Under the pieces are notes generated by a model, which saw only the letters and a list, made by a program, of their open reading frames with translations, did no database searches and was not told the origin of the DNA. From a bacterium (GTDB lineage: Bacteria; BMS3Abin14): a stretch of DNA of 13,307 nucleotides. A program made the position numbers and the translations under genes. The DNA lies in NCBI GenBank assembly GCA_020349685.1, contig CP070698.1:1940327-1953633 (forward strand), given 5' to 3'. This document shows positions 7,963-13,307 of the stretch, piece by piece; position 1 is the first letter of the stretch; every line of letters starts with the position of its first letter.

Positions 7963-8528
7963 TGATCTTCTCCGTAAAAAGAGGACTTGAGCTTTCCCAC
8001 AGCATGGTGATAGCTCGCTTTCGCCGCACCCGTTGAGCACCCCATCACTTCGGCCACCTTTTCGAAGGGGTAGCCTTCCTTCAGCCTGAGCACAAGGGCT
8101 TCCTTCTGTCTGGCCGGAAGTCCTTCCACCAGCTTCCAGAACCTTTCCTGCTCCTGCTCCCGGGCCACCTCATCGTGAGGGTTATTCCCCGAAAGGACGG
8201 GAACATCTTCAATATTAACATTCTGCCTTCTTCCGCGGTCACGGACGCAGTTCTTCCATGTGTTGGAAGCGATCCTGAAAAGGTACGTCTTGAAGGAGGA
8301 TTCGCCTCTAAAACGCCCCATGGAAAGATAGGCCTTGACGAAACTGCTCTGTGTCAATTCCATGGCGTCCTCAGTGTCCCCGGAAAGCCAGCATAGATAT
8401 CGATACAAAGCCCTCTGGTGCATGCGCACGAGATCCTCAAAAGCCTTCGCGTCCCCTTTCCTGGCCCTTTTAACGAGTTCCCCCTCATGGGTCGTCTGAC
8501 TGGTCATCGCGTCGCGGCTCTCTGACAT
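7959..8528 (-). CDS. ECF sigma-70 family factor
   Basis: LVKRARKGDAKAFEDLV, DAMELTQSSFVKAY, FRGESSFKTYLFRIASN (region 2) and LPARQKEALVLR..EGYPFEKVAEVMGCSTGAAKASYHHA (region 4). The start is uncertain: ATG 8528 or 8507, or GTG 8537. Confidence 0.93.
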   Translation of the reverse strand: MSESRDAMTSQTTHEGELVKRARKGDAKAFEDLVRMHQRALYRYLCWLSGDTEDAMELTQSSFVKAYLSMGRFRGESSFKTYLFRIASNTWKNCVRDRGRRQNVNIEDVPVLSGNNPHDEVAREQEQERFWKLVEGLPARQKEALVLRLKEGYPFEKVAEVMGCSTGAAKASYHHAVGKLKSSFYGEDQ

Positions 8529-8530
8529 TA

Positions 8531-8558
8531 TTGACACCGGAGAGGGGGAAAAGGTTTA
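8531..8558 (-). promoter_or_regulatory. Putative autoregulatory ECF-type promoter
   Basis: The - strand reads TAAAC (8558-8554), 17 nt starting CTTTT, then TGTCAA (8536-8531). This matches the general ECF AAC / GTC architecture just upstream of the sigma gene. Confidence 0.5.
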
Positions 8559-8564
8559 AAGATA

Positions 8565-8717
8565 AGTCTTAGTCCAAGTCCTAGTCCTAGTCCTAGGATA
8601 AATCAGTATCTGGTTCTGGTGTCTAGTTCTAGTAAAAGCTTTGAAATCAATATAACTTCTAGAAACTAGAACCAGACACTAGACACTTCCATTGTCCAGG
8701 TCCAGGTCTAAGTCTAG
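8565..8717. repeat. Hexamer arrays enclosing an inverted heptamer-like hairpin
   Basis: (AGTCYW)x5 at 8565-8594 and (GTCYAR)x4 at 8694-8717 in the same orientation. Between them, AGTATCTGGTTCTGGTGTCTAGTTCTAG (8605-8632) and CTAGAAACTAGAACCAGACACTAGACACT (8659-8687) are imperfect inverted repeats. Confidence 0.75.
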
Positions 8718-9811
8718 GTCTCGGTACCCTCTGCGATCCACCCCCCACCTAATACAGTATCCTCTTTATATATTACCACCGCCTGGCCCGGAGCGACTCC
8801 ATATTGCGGTTTATCGAATCGGACGGTGATCGTCCCGTCACCGTGGACCGTGACGCGGCACGGGGCGGGTGTGTGCCTGTGGCGGATCTGGACCTCTGCT
8901 CTGAAAACGGATGCAGGGGCCTGACCGCTCACCCAGCTGACGCCCCCTGCCGAAAGACCGTCGAAGGATGCCTTTTCCCGTGATCCCATGACGATGACGT
9001 TAGCGGAGGCATCGATCCGCACCACGTAAAGCGGTTCGTCGGAAGCGATCCCCAGCCCTTTGCGCTGTCCAACCGTGTAGAAACAGGCCCCCTCGTGCCG
9101 CCCGATGACCTTCCCGACCTCATCGACGACGTCCCCCGGACCGGGGATTCTGGCCGCGTATTCCCTGATAAACCCCCGGAGTCCGCCCGGTGGCACAAAA
9201 CAGATCTCCTGGCTTTCAGCTTTTTCATGCACCGGGAGGTCCAGGGTCAGTGCCTTGCTTCTGACCTGATCCTTCGTCATACCCCCGAGAGGAAAAAGAA
9301 GACGGGACATCTCGCCCTGGTCGAGGGTGAAAAGAAAGTAGCTCTGGTCTTTGGAAAGGTCGGCGCCCCTCCTGAGCCGGTAGGCGCCGCCGCCTTCGGG
9401 ATCCATAATCCTGGCGTAATGGCCGGTGGCCATGAGGTCCGCACCGATCCCCGCCGCCTTGTGCATCAGGTGACGGAACTTCAGGTGCTCGTTGCACAAA
9501 ATACACGGGTTGGGTGTCCGACCGCTCAGATAGGTATCCACAAAGGGGCGAACGACATCCGTGAGGAATTCCTCCTGGAGGTCCAGCGTGTAATGGGAGA
9601 TCCCGAGGCGGTGGCAGACCTCCCTCGCGTCATTGAGGTGCATCGTGCCGCAGCACCCCTCCTCGGCTCCCGGCACATCCTCGGGCCAGAGAAGCATGGT
9701 CACTCCGAAGACCCGGTAACCCTGCTCCAGGAGCACGGCCGCCGCCACGGAGGAGTCGACACCGCCACTCATTGCCACGAGAACGGTTTTTTCTTTGATC
9801 TCAGATCTCAA
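8714..9811 (-). CDS. mnmA: tRNA 2-thiouridine(34) synthase MnmA
   Basis: AMSGGVDSS PP-loop, GRTPNPCILCN, ATGHYAR, KDQSYFL, ESQEICF, YTVGQRKGLG, APGQAVVIY, LGGGWI. TTG start, with an in-frame stop shortly upstream. Confidence 0.97.
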   Translation of the reverse strand: MRSEIKEKTVLVAMSGGVDSSVAAAVLLEQGYRVFGVTMLLWPEDVPGAEEGCCGTMHLNDAREVCHRLGISHYTLDLQEEFLTDVVRPFVDTYLSGRTPNPCILCNEHLKFRHLMHKAAGIGADLMATGHYARIMDPEGGGAYRLRRGADLSKDQSYFLFTLDQGEMSRLLFPLGGMTKDQVRSKALTLDLPVHEKAESQEICFVPPGGLRGFIREYAARIPGPGDVVDEVGKVIGRHEGACFYTVGQRKGLGIASDEPLYVVRIDASANVIVMGSREKASFDGLSAGGVSWVSGQAPASVFRAEVQIRHRHTPAPCRVTVHGDGTITVRFDKPQYGVAPGQAVVIYKEDTVLGGGWIAEGTET

Positions 9812-9826
9812 ATCTAAATAAGCCCA

Positions 9827-9898
9827 GTGATTTGTGATTTGTGATTAGTGATTGGTTTAACTGATCACCAGTCACCAATCACCAGTCACCAATAACCA
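9827..9898. repeat. Inverted pair of heptamer arrays (hairpin-forming)
   Basis: GTGATTT GTGATTT GTGATTA GTGATTG (9827-9854), then ATCACCA GTCACCA ATCACCA GTCACCA ATAACCA (9864-9898). Confidence 0.85.
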
Positions 9899-9914
9899 TA
9901 ACTAACCTGCGTTC

Positions 9915-10005
9915 CTTGTCCACCGTAGCTCTTGACCTCCGTCTTGTCACCCGTAGCCTTGGCGAAGGGTGAAGCTTTAGCGAAGGAGGTTTATGCGAAG
10001 GTGGA
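9915..10005 (+). mobile_element. Three nested copies of a 30-31 nt REP-like palindromic mini-element
   Basis: Unit = CTTG + 6-bp stem + GTAGC-N4/5-GCGAA + complementary stem. Inner copy 9943-9972; middle copy 9931-9942 plus 9973-9990; outer copy 9915-9930 plus 9991-10005. The structure is observed; mobility is inferred. Confidence 0.75.
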
Positions 10006-10055
10006 TGCGTCCTGCGTGCTTCATTAACATTCAGATAGCAGAATGGGAGGGATAA

Positions 10056-10083
10056 GTGAACGGTGAACAGTGAACCGGGAACA
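10056..10083. repeat. Heptamer array (GTGAACN)x4
   Basis: GTGAACG GTGAACA GTGAACC GGGAACA. Confidence 0.8.
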
Positions 10084-10118
10084 GGAAAAGATTACTTCCC
10101 GTAAAATCGGCTTTTATT

Positions 10119-10338
10119 AACGCAGAGGACGCGAAGGACGCAGAGGAAGGCTGAAATACGGGAAATAATTTTTTTCATTCCGGGCGTAGCCTGCCCTCGA
10201 GTGATTAAATCGGGGGACCCGGAATCCAGAAAAGAACAGGTCCTGCTAAAACGGCAAGACCCTATTTACCGCACTTATAGGAACCGCTGTTCCCCCTAGT
10301 AGTATGATTTCCTCTGCGTCCTCCGCGTTCTCTGCGTT
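10119..10338. repeat. 30-bp inverted repeats built of 9-mer units, enclosing 160 nt (REPIN/MITE-like)
   Basis: AACGCAGAGGACGCGAAGGACGCAGAGGAA (10119-10148) matches the reverse complement of 10309-10338 at 28 of 30 positions. Confidence 0.8.
10175..10229. repeat. REP-like palindrome carrying a second CCTG-led hairpin in its loop
   Basis: The stem ATTCCGGG (10177-10184) / CCCGGAAT (10218-10225) contains CCTG-CCCTCGA-GTGATTAAA-TCGGGGG (10190-10216). Confidence 0.65.
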
Positions 10339-10381
10339 TCAAATCCAACGCATTTCATAGGTACTGTAATAGTCAGGTTTC

Positions 10382-10409
10382 AAAAAAAGAAGCCGCCCTC
10401 CCGGGCGGC
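10382..10409 (-). terminator. Intrinsic terminator after iscU
   Basis: The - strand reads GCCGCCC-GGGA-GGGCGGC followed by TTCTTTTTTT, about 40 nt after the iscU stop. Confidence 0.85.
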
Positions 10410-10420
10410 CTGTTGTTGCC

Positions 10421-10448
10421 AGTCACGAATCACGAGTCACCAGTCACG
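10421..10448. repeat. Heptamer array (ARTCACS)x4 just after the iscU stop
   Basis: AGTCACG AATCACG AGTCACC AGTCACG, 2 nt from the stop codon at 10451. Confidence 0.8.
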
Positions 10449-10450
10449 GG

Positions 10451-10831
10451 TTATTTTCCATGCTTCTCCCGGTAATTTTTAATCGCATCGTGCAGCGCGT
10501 CGGCCGCCAGGTTGGAGCAGTGCATCTTGGTCGGCGGCAGACCGTCGAGGGCCTCGGCCACAGCCTTGTTGGTGACCGCCTCGGCCTCCTCGAGGGTTTT
10601 GCCCATGACCATCTCAGTGACCATGCTGCTCGTGGCGATGGCGCTGCCGCAGCCGAAGGTCTGGAACTTGACATCCTCGATGACGTTGTCCTTCACCTTG
10701 AGGTAGATCTTCATGATGTCGCCGCACGAGGCATTGCCCACCTCGCCCACACCATCGGCATCCTCGATCTCGCCGACGTTGCGGGGATTGCGGAAGTGAT
10801 CCATGACTTTTTCGGAGTACATGCTGCTCAT
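10451..10831 (-). CDS. iscU: Fe-S cluster assembly scaffold IscU/NifU (U-type)
   Basis: YSEKVMDHFRNPRNVG, SCGD, FGCGSAIA, LPPTKMHCS (three conserved Cys). A GAGGTG SD 6 nt before ATG 10831 favours that start. Confidence 0.96.
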   Translation of the reverse strand: MSSMYSEKVMDHFRNPRNVGEIEDADGVGEVGNASCGDIMKIYLKVKDNVIEDVKFQTFGCGSAIATSSMVTEMVMGKTLEEAEAVTNKAVAEALDGLPPTKMHCSNLAADALHDAIKNYREKHGK

Positions 10832-10858
10832 TTTAATCACCTCAAAGGGGTTTTATGC

Positions 10859-10978
10859 GGTGCACGATAACGGGCAATCTGCTGCGTTCTCGATCGTCGG
10901 CAATCCTCAACGTATATCCCGATACGCCTCCGGTTACCTCCTCCCTGCGGCCTTGCATCTTACCCGTTCTCCTGCACC
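10859..10978. repeat. 120-nt structured element with 19-bp imperfect terminal inverted repeats (MITE-like or structured RNA)
   Basis: GGTGCACGATAACGGGCAA (10859-10877) matches the reverse complement of 10960-10978 (GGTGCAGGAGAACGGGTAA) at 16 of 19 positions. Apical hairpin CGTAT-ATCCCG-ATACG (10911-10926). Confidence 0.6.
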
Positions 10979-11023
10979 TCGCAAAGCAATATAATTATTT
11001 TCCTTTATTCTTTGTTTTCCTTT

Positions 11024-11044
11024 TGCGTGCTGCGTGCTGCGTGC
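11024..11044. repeat. Perfect heptamer array (TGCGTGC)x3 just after the iscS stop
   Basis: TGCGTGC x3, 2 nt from the stop at 11047. Same unit as the array interrupted at 9908-10019. Confidence 0.85.
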
Positions 11045-11046
11045 TG

Positions 11047-12210
11047 TCAGCAAGCCTTGCTTGCTGACAATGGCGACATCTTCCTCAGCCTCTCCACGAT
11101 AGGCGGGAAAACGTCGAGGAGGTAACCGATCTCGGCCTGGGTCGTGCCCCTGCCCATGGAGAACCTGAGTGTTCCCTGGGCCAGCACAGTGTCGATCCCC
11201 ATGGCCACCAGGACGTGAGAGGGCTCCAGGGACCCCGATGAGCAGGCCGAACCGGTGGAAACCGCTATCCCTTCCATGTCCAGGGACAGGAGAAGGGACT
11301 CTCCCTCCACGTGACTGACGCTGGCGCTGACCGTGGACGGGAAGTTCCGCTCCGGATCCCCGTTGATAACCACTTCAGGTATGCGTTCCCCGATCCCCTG
11401 CACAAGCTTTTGACGCAGGAGGGTCAGGCGTTCGTACACCTCTTCCCTTTCGGCCTCAGCCAGCACGATGGCCTCTCCGAAACCGACGATCCCGGCAATG
11501 TTCTCCGTGCCGCTTCTCCGCCGTTTTTCCTGTGCGCCTCCGATAATAAGCGGGTCGATGCGAGTGCCCTTCCTGATGTAAAGAGCGCCGACCCCCTTGG
11601 GTCCGTAGATCTTGTGCGCGGCGACGGACAGAAGATCCACATTCAGCTCATCCACATTGGTCGGAAGCTTGCCGAAACTCTGAACCGCGTCAGTGTGAAA
11701 ATAGACCCCCGCTTCCCTCGTGATCGCGCCGAGCTCCTCGATTGGCTGGATGGTGCCCACCTCGTTGTTTACGTGCATGATCGAGACCAGGATCGTATCG
11801 GGCCTCAAGGCCTTTCTAAGGTCGTCCGGATCGACAAGACCTTTCGAATCGACCTCAAGGTAAGTGGCGTCAAACCCCTTCTTGGCCAGCCAGGACACCG
11901 TCTGCAGAACGGCCGGGTGTTCGGTCAGGGCGGTGATGATGTGACCCTTCTCGGCAGCGAAGGCTACACCCTTGATGGCGTAGTTGTCGCTTTCGGTGCC
12001 ACCGCTGGTGAAGACGATCTGCGCGGTTGAGGCCCCCAGCTGCCCGGCTATCCGCTGCCGGGCCTCCTCAAGGGGAACCTTGACCTCCTGCCCGAAGGAA
12101 TGGGCCGACGAAGGGTTCCCGAAAAGCTCCCCGTAAAACGGGAGCATTTTGTCCCTCACCTCCTGGCGGACCGGGGTCGTTGCGTTGTGATCCAGATAGA
12201 TACGTTCCAT
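11047..12210 (-). CDS. iscS: Cysteine desulfurase (IscS/NifS type I)
   Basis: IYLDHNATT, FGNPSS, FTSGGTESDN, HTDAVQ, AHKIYGPKG (PLP lysine), STGSACSSGSLEPSHVL (catalytic Cys). GAGGA SD before ATG 12210; an alternative GTG start lies at 12225. Confidence 0.97.
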   Translation of the reverse strand: MERIYLDHNATTPVRQEVRDKMLPFYGELFGNPSSAHSFGQEVKVPLEEARQRIAGQLGASTAQIVFTSGGTESDNYAIKGVAFAAEKGHIITALTEHPAVLQTVSWLAKKGFDATYLEVDSKGLVDPDDLRKALRPDTILVSIMHVNNEVGTIQPIEELGAITREAGVYFHTDAVQSFGKLPTNVDELNVDLLSVAAHKIYGPKGVGALYIRKGTRIDPLIIGGAQEKRRRSGTENIAGIVGFGEAIVLAEAEREEVYERLTLLRQKLVQGIGERIPEVVINGDPERNFPSTVSASVSHVEGESLLLSLDMEGIAVSTGSACSSGSLEPSHVLVAMGIDTVLAQGTLRFSMGRGTTQAEIGYLLDVFPPIVERLRKMSPLSASKAC

Positions 12211-12221
12211 GGATGTTTTCC

Positions 12222-12653
12222 TCACTTCCGGGGCGATAATTCTCCCTCGAGCAGGTCTGCAAGGGTAATGGAATTGAGATAATCCTGAAAACTCGCCGAG
12301 AGCTTTTCCCAGAGCAGATGGGTCGCACAGCCCGGATACCGCTGGCAGCTCTCTTTATCGTCATGTTCTTCCGTGCACAGGAAAAGCTTTTCCTCACCTT
12401 CAACAGCCTTGATGACTTCACCCATGGTGATGAACCCGGCGTCCTTGGCCAGGACGTACCCCCCGCCAGGACCCTTTCTGCCCCTCACCACCTCCACCTT
12501 TTTCAGGCGGTTAAAAAGCTGCTCCAGATAGGCATGGGAGATCCCTTCCCTCTGGGAAATATCCGACAGGCGCACCGGCCGGCCGTCCAGGGAGTGCTGC
12601 GCCAGATCGAGAAGAGCCCTGACGGTGTAACTGGAACGGGTTGTTATCTTCAT
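12222..12653 (-). CDS. iscR: Rrf2-family transcriptional regulator, IscR-like
   Basis: [27 protein letters not shown], and a C-terminal C..C..C..H ([23 protein letters not shown]) as in Fe-S-binding IscR. Lies directly upstream of iscS. Confidence 0.85.
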   Translation of the reverse strand: MKITTRSSYTVRALLDLAQHSLDGRPVRLSDISQREGISHAYLEQLFNRLKKVEVVRGRKGPGGGYVLAKDAGFITMGEVIKAVEGEEKLFLCTEEHDDKESCQRYPGCATHLLWEKLSASFQDYLNSITLADLLEGELSPRK

Positions 12654-13306
12654 TGGGATGTTTCCTCCACCGCTTCCTTCTTACCGGTCTCGCCCCTCAC
12701 AGCCTCCTCGATGGTCTTTCGAATAATATCGTCCAGCCGGCAGCGCAAGTTTTCGAACTCCTTTTCGTCTTTGCCGTTCTTTTCCGGGTCGCTGAGAGCG
12801 TTGATGCGTTTGTGCATCAGCTGCATATGCTCCATCATACAGTTGAAAGCCTTGGCAACCGGGTCGGGCATGACCTGGTGATCCAGGTCGAACTCGTCGA
12901 CCTTCCTGCCCTCCTTGATCACGATGCGGCCAGGGATGCCCACAACCGTTGAGTTGGGCGGTACGGCTTTCACCACAACGGAATTTGCCCCGATGCGGCT
13001 GTTCTCGCCTACCTCGAAGGGTCCGAGGACCTTGGCTCCGGCTCCCACCACCACGTTGTCCCTCAGGGTGGGATGGCGCTTTTCCTTTTTCAGGCTCACG
13101 CCACCCAGGGTCACCCCCTGGTAAAGGGTCACGTTATCGCCTATCTCGGTGGTCTCACCGATGACCACGCCCATCCCGTGGTCGATAAAAAAACCCTTGC
13201 CGACCCTTACCGCCGGATGGATCTCGATACCCGTCAGCACCCTTGAGACGTGGGAGATAAAACGGGCCAGGGATTTAAGGCCCCAGCCCCAGACCCTGTG
13301 GGCGAT
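12650..13306 (-). CDS. cysE: Serine O-acetyltransferase, 5'-truncated by the window edge
   Basis: The frame is open to the window end (IAHRVW...[18 protein letters not shown]). [29 protein letters not shown], hexapeptide repeats, TVVGIPGR. Confidence 0.95.
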   Translation of the reverse strand: MAHRVWGWGLKSLARFISHVSRVLTGIEIHPAVRVGKGFFIDHGMGVVIGETTEIGDNVTLYQGVTLGGVSLKKEKRHPTLRDNVVVGAGAKVLGPFEVGENSRIGANSVVVKAVPPNSTVVGIPGRIVIKEGRKVDEFDLDHQVMPDPVAKAFNCMMEHMQLMHKRINALSDPEKNGKDEKEFENLRCRLDDIIRKTIEEAVRGETGKKEAVEETSQ

Positions 13307-13307
13307 C

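Noticed and set aside
7963-8040. N-terminal extensions in the ORF track for the anti-sigma (8040) and trmO (5151)
   Set aside because: They overlap the upstream gene by about 80 nt. Internal ATGs at 7962 and 5073 give standard stop/start overlaps and match the family N-termini.
9827-10448. Repeat-dense spacer considered as a CRISPR array
   Set aside because: There are no identical 23-47 nt direct repeats separated by regular unique spacers and no cas genes. The repeats are short tandem, inverted or nested.
10855-11067. 70-aa and 63-aa + strand ORFs in the iscS-iscU spacer
   Set aside because: They are translations of the structured element and TGCGTGC array, antisense to the operon, with no coding signal.

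Overview
A GC-rich bacterial housekeeping region; the gene content resembles Desulfobacterota/deltaproteobacteria, but that is inference. The + strand carries the 3' part of an NRDE/TANGO2-family gene and a PAS-GGDEF diguanylate cyclase. The - strand carries a long co-oriented run: cysE (partial), iscR-like Rrf2 regulator, iscS/nifS, iscU/nifU, mnmA, an ECF sigma / zinc anti-sigma / periplasmic Spy-CpxP-like triad, mtaB, a single-domain trmO/tsaA, acylphosphatase, a glucosylglycerate-synthase-like glycosyltransferase and ackA. The proteins belong to known families. The unusual content is in the spacers. These hold many 6-9 nt tandem arrays, often in inverted pairs and abutting stop codons, plus several REP/MITE-like hairpins. 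The most striking is a three-level nest of a 30-31 nt CTTG-stem-GTAGC..GCGAA-stem element at 9915-10005, with each copy inserted cleanly and no target duplication. No transposase, rRNA, tRNA or CRISPR array was seen.
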